Of a DNA stretch of 64,000 nt, positions 13,316 through 24,874 are shown one piece after another. Under the pieces are notes generated by a model that did no database searches, was not told where the DNA came from, and saw only the letters and a list, made by a program, of their open reading frames with translations. Location of the stretch: NCBI RefSeq assembly GCF_009834535.1, contig NC_045697.1:58964001-59028000 (forward strand), in the 5' to 3' direction. The position numbers were made by a program, and so were the translations under genes. Position 1 is the first letter of the stretch; each line of letters opens with the position of its first letter. This DNA comes from Camelus ferus (lineage: Eukaryota).

Positions 13316-13421
13316 GGTTAATAAACTCATAATATTTAATCTAAAAAATAAGAAAAGTTTTAACAACTTTATATTTAAATCCTTTCAAAACGTGGTTCTC
13401 ATTTTAAAATAGAATTATCAC

Positions 13422-13591
13422 TTCATTAGCTGAGTTTATGTGATTTTTCTTGGTAAAATCACTACATTTGAAAGTGTTTGGGAAATCTCTCAAATCTCCC
13501 AAGTATTTCCTGACATCCAGTAAGTTAAATATAAGAAGTCATTCCCACAGCTCAGCTTAAGATGTACTTGAAATTTCTGACAGGTCACAAA
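13422..13591 (-). pseudogene. Exon remnant FVTCQKFQVHLKLSCGNDFL/..LLDVRKYLGDLRDFPNTF... (frameshifted RGS-like helices)
   Basis: Very strong acceptor ttttttttctccacag|; phase 0. One frameshift joins an RGS-like F..F...L..G segment to DVRKY. Donor uncertain. Confidence 0.6.
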
Positions 13592-13869
13592 CTGTGGAGA
13601 AAAAAAATTTAAAAATAAGGTAAAGAATATTGATACTTTTCCCAACAAAAGATAAAGACTGAAAGAGCTATTAGCCAAAACTGTATGTAAAAGTACAGAA
13701 ATATCATTAACGATTCAATCCTAGAAGTTAAATATTGCTCTTAAGCAGGTGAATGGGTCATACAATGTTTGAAACAGTCAGTCATCCATATACGAGGCAA
13801 ATAAAAACTTGGCAAGCTATTTAAGAAAGAGTCCTGCTTATTCTGTTACAGCATAATCTCTACAGAGGA

Positions 13870-14545
13870 AGGAGAGTTGACAAATTATTATTACTGACAT
13901 CACTTGCCTCTTGATATAATGCACTGAGAACACCGTATCATTTCTGTGACGTTCCTGTCAAAAACGCCTAACATGAATCTAATCATGAGAAAACACCAGA
14001 AAAACTCAAATTGAGGGACATTCTATAAAATAACTGTCTTATACTATTCATAATTTTCAATGTCATGAGATGCAAAGAAAGACTGAGAAACCACTCAGGA
14101 AAAAAAAAAAAAAGAAAGAAAGAAAGAAAAAAGAAACTAAAGAGGGATGACCACTGAATGTAATGCATGATCAAGGATTTTCTTTTGCTATCATGGACAC
14201 GATTAGGACAACTGACAACAACTGAACAAGACCTGTAAACAAGGCTGGCTTCATGGGCATGCAAGCAGTGCAGTCACAGAAGCCCCATGCTCAAAAAGAT
14301 CAACATTTGGAGTTAAATGCTCTTCTGTAGTCATCTTGAAATGCTTCACAGGTTTATCTCTGCATTTGTAATTTTGCGTGTGAAGCCTGGTGGGATGACA
14401 GAGCACATATCTCCACTGTGTTAAAAAATGGTGGTCTTTTTTTAGCAATTGTAGTAACAGGTAAAATTTTAATATTTGGGGGAATGTAGTTGAAGGATAG
14501 ACAGAAAAATTTTGTATAATTTGCAAGATGCAGTAGGTCAAATAA
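13870..14545 (+). mobile_element. L1MC-type 3' UTR fragment, interrupted by MER45
   Basis: catgaatctaatcatgagaaaacaccagaaaaactcaaattgagggacattctataaaataactg is typical L1MC3/4 3' sequence. Confidence 0.75.
14240..14420 (+). mobile_element. MER45-family (hAT-Tip100) DNA transposon fragment
   Basis: caaggctggcttcatgggcatgcaagcagtgcagtcacagaagcccc matches the MER45 5' end. Confidence 0.75.
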
Positions 14546-14574
14546 AACGAAGAAGAAAATCCTACTTAGCTCAC

Positions 14575-14679
14575 CTCTCAATACTACTCATTTTTATAAT
14601 CCAGGCTTAATGGATTATCAATATTAAGTTATGAAAAAAATGTTATTGTAAACACCAAATCTTTTAAAGCAATGAATGA
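14575..14679 (-). pseudogene. Exon remnant SFIALKDLVFTITFFS*LNIDNPLSLDYKNE*Y*E
   Basis: cttgtttctag| ... GAG|gtgagc; 105 nt; phase 0->0; three stops. Confidence 0.55.
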
Positions 14680-15142
14680 CTAGAAACAAGTGTCTTTTAG
14701 AGTTTCAATTTTTTCTTCCCTTATATTAGCCAAAATCCTGATTTAGGCTTTTTTTTTCCCCACAAAAGAATATTACACCACACATACACAGACAGAAACC
14801 ACACACACTTATCTGGTTAACTGTTGTAAAATCTAGTATATCTATACTCTTGGACAAAAATGTAACCATAATGTGTTATCTCTATTTCCCCCATTCTGTG
14901 ATCTCTTAATTAAATTCTGAATAAATTTGAATTCTATAAAAAGTTAAATGTTCAAAAAGTTCATTTAAAAATATCAGGATAAGATATCTTTAAAAGTAAG
15001 GTGCAGTACATTATGAATAATATTTTTATTTTAATAATAAAAATCAAACATGAAAACCAGTACAGTTATTTTTATAGTCCTAGTAAAGATATATGATTCC
15101 ATGTTTACAAGTCATTTAAAAAAAGGAAGTATAGCATTTTAC

Positions 15143-15202
15143 TTTCTGGTTCAATTTTTGGTTAAAAGGGCTTATGGCAATATTCTTTTTTTTGGGTATT
15201 GC
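15143..15202 (-). pseudogene. Exon remnant AIPKKKNIAISPFNQKLNQK
   Basis: ttttttttttcttgtcag| ... AAA|gtaaaa; 60 nt; open; phase 0->0. Confidence 0.6.
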
Positions 15203-16336
15203 CTGACAAGAAAAAAAAAATGAATGAGGTGACTTTGCGTATAACTGAAACATTTAGACCTCTACACAATTTGTATTTTTTGGATGCCTTTCTTTCATTT
15301 GTGTCAAAAGACTGTGACTTAATTTAGGTTATCACAATGCCTAATATTCCAGAGATATCAAAAAAGAAAATAAATTCTATGTGTCCTGCTTGATAAATAT
15401 GACAAGGAAAAGTTTGGGAAGAGACATAGTTGTCATAAAATTCTTTAACAAAATGGGAATGACAGTGACTCTTCTCAAAGTATATGTTTGTTTCTATTAA
15501 AAGATAGCTGAATAAAGAGTAGTAAACCAGGTAGAGTTAGTCTTGGGGCACAGAATGCCATTATCAGAATCCCACAGCCAAAATCATTGTTCTTATGACA
15601 CATTAAGAGTCAAGAAGACAAAGTTAATACAGAAATTGCATTGTTTAGACTTTAAAGTCAATATATGTAAGCAGAAGAATCAACAACTCTCTTCCTCACT
15701 AATGATTCTTTTAAATTAATTTATAAAAATTAATCAATCTATAAAAACAATTTCAATATGCTCAGAAATAAGCTGAATAGCATGTTGGATTTAGCAAGAG
15801 GCAATACAAACACTTTGGCAGCATATAAACTCAGTCTTTTCTTACTGAATTTCCAGGAAAAAAAAAATCAGGCTATCACTCAATTTAGGTTTGAACCTCA
15901 GTCTATCTAAAACCATACATATTAGTTTTCAGAATTTTAAAGTTCATCATTGCTGATTCTTTTGTAGTTCCCATAAATAAAATAATCTAAGTTAAAAATC
16001 AATTGCCAACTTAAATACTGGTAAGCAGGGGACATTTGCACAAGGCTTAAGACAGAACACCAGCCTTCAGTCTAAAGTTGGTCCCCATAACAGTGAGAGC
16101 TGGAAAATAGATGTAGGGCTTCTGGTAACCTATTCTCATAAGCAGAGGATGATCAAAATTAATCTCTGTAGAGCCTACAGCCAGGCAAGTCTTTTCAAGC
16201 AGGAAAGAAGGGGGAAAATGGACAGCAGCTAATACCCCCACGGGCTACAAATACGCAGGTGCAGGGTCAGTAGTTTAAAATAGACTTCTCATTGGCCAAC
16301 TGGGGCCCAGCAAGGGAATAAAGAACCAAAATATGC

Positions 16337-16495
16337 CTGGCATATTTGGAATTCATTGTAGGCAAAGAGAAGGGAAAATCTACACAAAAAAGAACACATA
16401 CAGCAGAGTACAAAAGTCAATTTAATGCAATCTTCCAAAGAATATTGCTGGATGTTAAAATTTTGTGACATTTCTGTGAGAACCATAAATCTATC
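16337..16495 (-). pseudogene. Exon remnant DRFMVLTEMSQNF...FSLLFAYNEFQICQ
   Basis: ctatttatag|; 53 open codons (ORF track 16289-16486); donor degenerate (CAG|gcatat). Confidence 0.5.
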
Positions 16496-16867
16496 CTATA
16501 AATAGTTCTCAGACACTTTATTTTAACATGTCTTTATCTTACTTTCTTTTCCTTCTTCTTTCTTCCCTCACCCTCTTTTTCAAAATATGATTTAATAGAC
16601 TCATCATCATGTATATTTAGATAATTATTTTTCGAGATACATTCCTCATGAATATACAAAATGTTTGTTATGGGAAACTAATTTATATTTTGAGTTCATG
16701 ATTTATAAAAGAATCCCTTCATTTACTAATTTATTCACTCATTCTCTAATGAATTCATTCATTCAGCTATAGAATCACACATTTATACTCAAGAATCCAA
16801 GCCAAAAGAATTTTTATAACTTTAAATGTAAGCATTTGTGAAATTAATGGTAAAGTATGTACATTAC

Positions 16868-17059
16868 ATATGAGCTAATCCAGCCTCCTCCATCTCTTGA
16901 GATTTGACTCTCTATTGCCTTTTCCCAATCCTTCAAGATGGTCTAGAATGATGACAGAGAAACTATTGTTATACAGCTTTGTTTGGAAGGTAAAACAAGA
17001 CGCACTGTAAATTGTATTGGTTTACACAGCTGGCATTTTCTTTTGTTCCTTGTGGACAA
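16868..17059 (-). pseudogene. Exon remnant LSTRNKRKCQL...F*TILKDWEKAIESQISRDGGGWISSY
   Basis: gtgtcttacag| ... TAT|gtaatg; 192 nt; phase 0->0; one stop in 64 codons. Confidence 0.6.
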
Positions 17060-17534
17060 CTGTAAGACACATCAGGATGTTACTAACAAAGATTGTGAAA
17101 GCGTCAAATCTTGAAATTTGAGGGGTTTATAGAATATAAAGGAAGGGAATTAAAGAATTAATTACTGTATTTATTGAATTATGCTTTCAGGCTTTGTCCA
17201 GATCTTAAAGGGCTGGGACTACACTCTCATTATGAATTTGAGCAAAGAGAAAATTAATATGTGAAAGACAAGTGACATATCCTGTTCTGCAATATCAAAG
17301 CAAATTATTTCTTATGCATATTACTTTAGTATAATTCTTCACTGTAGCTTTTTCCATGTGGCTCTAATCTTGGCTTCTAGTTAGAAAAGATTATGTCATA
17401 TTTTCTTTATTATTAATTCTGCAAAATTATAATGAAGTACTATGAAGTTTTTTGGTATCAGATTTAGGAACTGAATATAAATTTTACCACTGAAACCAAA
17501 GAACAGAAATCCTGCGAATTACGTATACAATTAC

Positions 17535-17585
17535 CCGCCTAACTTAGAATGATATAGGAATGAAATAAAACGTATACAGATCTGA
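17535..17585 (-). pseudogene. Exon remnant SDLYTFYFIPISF*VRR
   Basis: attacttcag| ... CGG|gtaatt; 51 nt. Confidence 0.5.
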
Positions 17586-17809
17586 CTGAAGTAATCATAT
17601 CCATAAAATATTGTTTTGTTATTTTTAACCTTAGTTGTAATATAAAACCTTACACACTATTTTATGACAGTTGGTTCCATGGAATGATTTGTGGCATACA
17701 GCATACTGTTATTAGCTAAAGGAAATACCAATGACATCATTTAGCCATTATAGGAGATAAGCTCACCTATCAAAGAACAATACTAACAGTGTTTTATATT
17801 TTTACTAAC

Positions 17810-17960
17810 CTGGCATGTCAAGTAAGTTGCACAGAATATTTTCCTATACAAACACATTATAGTTAAAATATCTGAACCATACCCTTGCCTCTCCAAGTAT
17901 GAATGTGTAATATTGCAAAGGTTTGTTAACTCCAATGATTCATCAGCCACATTATCTATC
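17810..17960 (-). pseudogene. Exon remnant IDNVADESLELTNLCNITHSYLERQGYGSDILTIMCLYRKIFCATYLTCQ
   Basis: ttttcttactttttaaactataatag| ... CAG|gttagt; 50 open codons; phase 2->0. Confidence 0.6.
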
Positions 17961-18309
17961 CTATTATAGTTTAAAAAGTAAGAAAACGAAAAAAGGCTTA
18001 AGTCTAACATAAGACAAATCTGGAAATGACTTTTTAAAAATAAAAGTGGATTATCTATCAACACAGATACATTAAAGATAATTTTAAACTCAATAAAAAA
18101 ATCTGTATGCTCACTAGAGGAAAATAATCTTAATGTAATATTATCTTTTCTATCTCCCTTAATAATAATACATCATCTTTAAAATGGACTGGTAGTTCAT
18201 AGGATCAGCATATAGTCCCTCATTAACATTATAGAAATTAAGTCATCTGACCTGTAAATCTAAACACTCGTTACTCTTATAGGTAGGGTCAAAAGTCACA
18301 CTAGAAACT

Positions 18310-18548
18310 AAAGCAGCATAGATGGAGGTTGTATTGTGTAGCACTTTGGTCTCAGCTTGGATTCAAGCTGGCCTTTCCCACATGTTAGCTGTGGGACCAT
18401 TCACAACTATTTTCTCTTCAGTTTTCTCATCCATACCAGAAAGAACAAATAGAATCTGTTCTCACAGAACTGGTGTGAAAACTAAACAAAGTTATATATG
18501 CAAATAGAAGGTGGGCAGGTCCTTCTCAATAAATGTTAACTATTTTCA
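18310..18548 (+). mobile_element. MIR SINE
   Basis: ttagctgtgggacc...cagttttctcatcc...ctcaataaatgttaactatt. Confidence 0.75.
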
Positions 18549-18558
18549 TCGTTTTTAC

Positions 18559-18624
18559 CATTTCAGTGAATGAAAGAAAAAACTGTTTAGGTTTGTTTGT
18601 TCCTGGTAGTATCTTTTGACTTCT
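18559..18624 (-). pseudogene. Exon remnant EVKRYYQEQTNLNSFFFHSLK(W)
   Basis: gtatttgaag| ... AAATG|gtaaaa; open; phase 2->2; may extend up to about 18903. Confidence 0.45.
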
Positions 18625-20329
18625 CTTCAAATACATTTTGTTGAATGAAATAAAATATGATGTAACCGTAAGTCACATCTGGCAAAGAGTATTTCTGGTA
18701 GGCTTAGCACTGTAGTGTCAAGCAGATGTTGATTTATACAGATCAAAATGCATTCTTTTTCTGCTGTGGCTGACCACAACACTGAGTAATGTTAATTATT
18801 TAGAAAGCTTAGTGTTTGGCGATGTGGAAAACATGTTTTTCATTTAACATTTAACACAAAGAAGCCTCTCAACATAAGAATTTGGTAAAGTTAGGGTCAA
18901 AATCTAAATATCACTCTGCATCCCTAAATTTCAATAAATCTGTCTCACATAGTGTTAATATTTACTTAAAATTTTACATATATTTTTTACTTCAGAATTA
19001 GGAAGGATTTGAATCAACTGAAATAAATGGTATCTTCAAGAATACAATCTGGTGTTCCACTGGGCTTAATGAATAGTTCTCATGCCATGGCAACGCTTCA
19101 GTCACTCTTAACGAAAGCTTTTACTGTCATTATAAATCTCAGATTAAAAAAATAATCTTTTGGGTATTACTATAGATATGTATCTGGACTAGGTAGATCA
19201 TAACTAATTCAATTAAGATGAAGTGCTAGGAGTTTACAAATAGCACCTCTTCCAGAACTGTGCCCGTTTACATACAGTAAGAAGAAATGTAAATAGTTAC
19301 TGTAATACCGAGTGCAGTTAAGACGGAGTTTCTGACACACATGTAAAAATTCATCAAGGCCTATGAAATTTTATGTTTCCTTTCCAAATGGAATTGTTCA
19401 TTCACTGTAAAATCATGACTGGTTTTTAATCTGCCAATATTTCTGTATTCTCCAATAATGTGCAAGTAGCAGTGGTTCCAAAGACACCTGATGTCTGCAT
19501 TCCCTCCCCAGTTAATTCCATCTCTTTCAGAAGGAGTTACTACGAAAACTACCCAAACTCAAGTCTGGGAAATAGTTTAGCAAAAAAACAGGTCAAGTGG
19601 AGTACACTGTAAGCATACTCACCATCTCTTATTTACATCTTAGTTGTCTGTATACTTGTCTATCATCATTTTCTATGTTATTCTCGTGAACAGTTCATAT
19701 TAAACTACGAATATACAGTATCAAGATTTTTATATTTCAGAGTGGCAATAAAAAATTGATAGGATTGAAAGAAAGTTTCCACTTCTTAGCTGTAACACCT
19801 AGCTGAGGCATTCTCTATTAATAAACAGTAAAGGCAGGATAAAGAAGTGTTAAATGATATGATTCTAAACTTTTTCAGATAAGTTGTTTCAAATACAATT
19901 AAATAATCTCAATGGAACATGGATTTATTCTTGTACCTCTGCAGGCCAATAAGTAAGCTGCAATTGAAAGAGAAAGATACTATTCTTCTCACAGTAACTG
20001 AGCAGGAAAGACTACAGAACCACGCTCCCTACGGTGACAAGGCTTTTTTTCATAAGATGCTTCCTTTCTCTGGAACATTCCTCTTCAGTCCCCAGGGATG
20101 CCTTCTCTGAACCTAAGTTAGGTTTTTTATTATATATTACATACATGGACTTTCTTATTATAATGGTCTCAAAAATATTGTTCTTTCCCTTAGAGAGGTT
20201 ATTTCAGTTTGCTATTACACATTAGTTAGTGAAATTTCTCAAGTAATGCCTGTACAAACACCATGGTACCAGGAACTCGCTAATATATATCCAGTAACTA
20301 GAACAGAGCCTGGCACAGAGTAGTTGTTA

Positions 20330-20700
20330 AGGTGTAAGTTGTGTCCCTCCAAAATTCATATATAATTGTACTTGGAGATGGAGCTGCTAAAAAAAGTAAT
20401 TAAGGTTACATAAGATCATGAGGATGAAGCCCTGATCTGACAGGATTAGCGTCCCTTTAAAAAGAGACACCAAGGAGCTCACTCCCTCTCTCTCTCTGCA
20501 AAGGTGCACGCAGGAAAGGCCATGGGAGGACATTAAGAAGACAGTCAGCTGAAAGCCAGGAAAGGAGTCCACCTCAGGAACCAAACAGGTGCCGAGAGAT
20601 GGGACTTCTAACCTCTAGAATTGTGAGAAAATTATTTTTTATTGTTTAAGTCACCCAGACTATGGTGTTTTGTTGTGACAGTCTAAGCCAACAACTAAAA
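20330..20700 (+). mobile_element. MLT1A-like MaLR LTR
   Basis: gtgtccctccaaaattcatat...gccatgggaggac...agaattgtgagaaaatt...tgtttaagtcacccagactatggtgttttgtt. Confidence 0.85.
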
Positions 20701-20714
20701 AGATGTGGGCAACT

Positions 20715-20742
20715 AAAAAAAAAAAAAAAAAAAAAAAAAAAA
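20715..20742. repeat. Poly-A run (about 28 nt)
   Basis: Direct reading. Confidence 0.9.
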
Positions 20743-20910
20743 GTGCTGAATGATTAAATAAATGAATGGATAAAAGACAGGAAAAACAGGAACAAAAAAC
20801 CTTTCCTTTCAATTCTTTTTTTTTTCCTTGGGAAAGAACAGGATTTAATGTAACTTTTTGGCACTTGCCAGCCTTTGTTCACTCTGCTAAAGGGAAAAAA
20901 AGTGACTTAC

Positions 20911-21400
20911 CTAACGGATGAGTTTTGGAAAGGAAACTGACATACCTGGCTAGTGTCCTTTCCCTCTCCCATCAGCGAACAGTCAGGCACAAGCAGGAAA
21001 CAGAGATTCTGGTATTTTGTTCCATCCCATAAACTTGATAGTGGCAGCACCTCACATGAGGAGGCCTGTATGTATCCCTCTGAGCTTGAAGCTGCTTAAT
21101 TCTGGGATGCAACGTTAGGGAGCCCATTGCAGCTGTATGTGTGAGCCACATTCTCCAATCACTTTATTAACATTGTGATCTCCATCGACCCAAATATTTG
21201 CCTAGCTCTCACTCTGATTTAACCTCACATATGGAAGAAACATGCAATTTTAGGGCCCATCAAATCCATGTAGATGATGTTACTACTGTTTCAAAATAGA
21301 ATGTCTCATCGAATATTCAAATCATCCATGGAAATTGATGTAGAATTTTGAAACATAATTTTGAACAAGTGTTTGATGTTTAAGTACTCATTTTTGACGT
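20911..21400 (-). pseudogene. Large decayed exon remnant
   Basis: Perfect donor AG|gtaagt at 20910; relatively GC-rich unique sequence; peptides IKQLQAQRDTY and GWNKIPES; acceptor not identified. Confidence 0.4.
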
Positions 21401-21500
21401 GCAGGTAGATATTATATTTTGAATGTCAATAAAGAAATAAACAACCCCTTTACCCCCAAAAAACAAACCAAAAAACAAAAAAATCAGAGAATAAAAAGAC

Positions 21501-21823
21501 CAGGGTTTGGTAAACTACAGCCCACAAGATTAATCTGCAGCACTCCCTGTCTTTGTACATCCCACAAGCTCAGAATTTTTTTTTTTATATTTTATAATAG
21601 TTAAAAGAAAAAGAATATTTCAAGATGTGAAAATTACATGAACCTCAAAGTTCAGGGCCTACTGAAGTTTTATTGGAACACAGCTATGCTCATTTTTACC
21701 ATACTGACTACAGCTGCCATCACACTATGACAGCAGAGTTCAGCAGTGAGGACAGACACATGTCCTACAAAGCCTAAGATGTTTACTCTCTGGCCCTTTA
21801 GAGAAAAAAGTTTGCTGATATCT
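21501..21823 (+). mobile_element. MER58B (hAT-Charlie) DNA transposon
   Basis: cagggtttggtaaactacagccc ... gttttattggaacacagc ... aaagtttgctgatatctg; degenerate 8-bp TSD aaaaagac/caacagac. Confidence 0.85.
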
Positions 21824-22227
21824 GCAACAGACTAATGGTCTGTAAAACAGTATTTGATTTTAAAGTTTGACTCACTGGCATTCTTCCATGACTAAGTATT
21901 CATAGAAAAGTACTTAATCTATGTTATTGATTTGAATATATATTACAGGTTTTTGAACTACTTAATGAGAAGTATTAGTCCGAATTAGCATTTTCTCTAT
22001 TTAGAAATGAAAATGGAGAAAAATATGTTATTATTTTTACTTATTCTTGTCAAAAATGTCACCAGATCATATGCTCCTTAAGGCATATAAACTCAGATAA
22101 TGACGAACTTAGCGTAACTCAGCTTATAATAGATGCTCAATAAAACACAACTATAATACAGGAGAAATTCCTTATCTGAGTGGGTCTATTCTGTTTCTAC
22201 AGCACAAATATTACTCTGTCATGCTTT

Positions 22228-22259
<32 letters not shown>

Positions 22260-22330
22260 CACACACATTATACACATATATATATAGACATTTATATATA
22301 CACATATATATAAATGTCTATATATATATT
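22228..22330. repeat. (TA)n/(CA)n compound low-complexity tract
   Basis: Direct reading. Confidence 0.9.
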
Positions 22331-22932
22331 TAATCACACGAAACATTTGTTTTCCAATATATGTTAAACATTGCATTTCTATCAAAAATGAGACAGGAAT
22401 GTAACATAAAGGCGTAATGATTATTATCTCCAATTTGACTAAAATTCATTCTACAAAAATAAATCTTCTCGAAATACATTTTATCTTTAGTGATCAGCAT
22501 CTCCAACTACTTTTTATTGCATCAATCTCTTAATAAATCCAATTGCTACATGCTCTGAATTAGTCAACAATCTCATTTCTTACTTGGGAATCTTTTCAAG
22601 TTGATGATAAAAATTAACAGTAAAAATGGAACTTTAAGTAGTTATCTTAACCCATATATTCAAAATCTAAGCTTACAAACAAAGATCCAGTACTACAATT
22701 CAATCTATGCATTTTGTAAACAATTTTCAGTGAAAAAAAAAAATCCCCTTCCATATGAATGAGCTTGAATTCTCTAAAGTCAGATTCTGTTAAAATGAAA
22801 ATTATAAATTGAATGAATTTTTAAAATGCAAAAGCTGCTATAAAAATAATCATTTAAAATCTAATGAAAACAAAGCATCCACACGAGAATTACAACAGAC
22901 TTTTCAGTGTACTGCACAGACACGTGACATAC

Positions 22933-23119
22933 TATTAAGCAAATATAATTAAGGACAAGGTAGTTGGACTTTTCTTTAATTTTTGGTAACTTTAGCGGCA
23001 CATATGGAGCATTTTGTTTCACTTCTGGTTTACTTTCTTTTAATCAAAGACCCCCACTGTAATGCCTTCACACAGGGCTCAGTGTTGTGGTTACCATGGA
23101 AACCATAATTCTGAATGTC
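22933..23119 (-). pseudogene. Possible exon remnant (DIQNYGF... / LKESKPEVKQNAPYVPLKLPKIKEKS)
   Basis: Weak acceptor, donor ATA|gtatgt; two partly open frames. Confidence 0.35.
23090..23103. promoter_or_regulatory. RFX X-box motif GTTACCATGGAAAC
   Basis: Matches the consensus GTTNCC-ATG-GNAAC; function untested. Confidence 0.4.
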
Positions 23120-24008
23120 CTAACTTGTGTGATTAAAATTTAACACAAAGTAACATTGATAGTCTCCCTCATTTCCACTACCACCAATATCCAATTCTAA
23201 TTAGTAGCACAATAACTGGTTTGGAAGGAATAAAGAGCTCTGACTACTACAGCCTCACATTGCCAGTAATTCACAGGGAATCTCATGGACAATATATAGT
23301 GATGATTCTCTTCTACAAAATGCCAGGTTTAAACAGGAGTGATTTCTAGCCGACTCTCTAGTCTCCTCTACAAAATAAAGTATATCATTTTCCCTCTTTT
23401 TTATACTCTAAGAGTCTTTTTTAAATTCCATACTTATTTCACTTGACTGTTCGACTGGAGCAAAAGTTTTTTTTATAATAATTATATTCATTTCTATAAT
23501 TATTACACTGCTTTCAACATGGAATCATCTCTTCTAGATATGTTAATCATTAAGATATCACATATGCAAAACCATCTTCTTTAACTGAGGTTTAAAAATT
23601 CAACTGGATCCTTCTTTTTTCTTTATTTTTTTTTAATGAACACTCTAATAGAAGCTGATAAAATCTCAGTACTCCATTAAGGAAATATACGCTCTCTTGC
23701 TAATTATTTTGATTTGCAGAAAATTATATTGTCTCAGGGGCACACTTGCACTGATCATGTGCCCTCTACTTATAACTGAACACCTCTGTTTATAACGAAG
23801 TACAAATTTACTGCATTTGTCAACACAACAGTGTAAATTTGGAAATTATAGCCTGTCATTCTGACTGAGCTTCTTGTCTACCTTATCATATAAAAGAGCA
23901 AACATGAATGACATTCCTTCCCACTTCCAAAATCCCAAAGAAAGAATTTAAGTTTGTAGAGCAAGAGGGAAGACTTTAAATATTAAACGTTTAGAGTCAG
24001 GAAGATAC

Positions 24009-24142
24009 CTTGGTCAGAAAGTCCAATGCTGTCAAGTTTCAGGGTAGAAATTCAGGCCCAGGGAACTTCATTCCCACCTTTAACACGTCTAGTGACAGAA
24101 CCATTAGTGGTAGTTTTATGGACACATGTAGTATTTTATTCA
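24009..24142 (-). pseudogene. Exon remnant NKILHVSIKLPLMVLSLDVLKVGMKFPGPEFLP*NLTALDFLTK
   Basis: cactctttacag| ... AAG|gtatct; one stop in 44 codons. Confidence 0.5.
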
Positions 24143-24789
24143 CTGTAAAGAGTGATATTGCTCTTATCTTTAGATACCTTTTTTCTACTTTTATTTACAA
24201 ATTTAGATACCTTAAAAACATAAAGTTTATATAATATCTATGAAATAGATCTTGAAAATTAATGGAATTGGCCCAAAAGATGAAATAGGGATAAATTAAT
24301 ATTTCTGTTATACATTATTGTCTAATATATGACTTCTATGATTTTTCATTTCATATGGAAGATACTCTCCTTTAGCCATAAAAACATACTTTCAAAATCA
24401 GTGCCAAATTAGTCAGCAATGTCCTTGACTAATTAATATTAATTCCTATTATGAAAAATATAAAAAAAAATCTATTCCTGGAAGTTTCACACAGTTCATT
24501 TAATGTTATTTGTCTATTAGTAACAATCTGACTACTAACTGAAGTAAGCAGTTTTATCTTCAAATATGTTGACAGTTGAATGAATAATAATTTCAGTGAT
24601 GTATAACTCTATGGAGAATTTCTATTTCCATATACTTTCTTCTTACAAGTAAGGGATTGTCCTGTCCTATAAATGGTTCATTCAGTACTTTTATTTCTAA
24701 TTAGAATATGTGAATAAATTTAAGTAACCCTAGTATACATTATTCTTTCCTTGCAGTAACAAAGAATAAAGGAGAGAAAAGGACTGAGG

Positions 24790-24792
<3 letters not shown>

Positions 24793-24837
<45 letters not shown>

Positions 24838-24874
24838 TGTGTCTGTGTGTCTGTGTCTGTGTGTGTGTGTGTGT
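24793..24874. repeat. (TG)n microsatellite with TC interruptions
   Basis: Direct reading. Confidence 0.95.

Larger units (their letters stand above)
20040..20770 (+). mobile_element. L2 3' fragment split by MLT1A
   Basis: tgcttcctttctctggaacattcctc...agaacagagcctggcacagagtag, resuming as gtgctgaatgattaaataaatgaatg. Confidence 0.7.

Noticed and set aside
18990..19140. Additional exon (ELFIKPSGTPDCILE)
   Set aside because: The peptide is RGS-like but boundaries are weak and every frame has several stops, so it is left uncalled.
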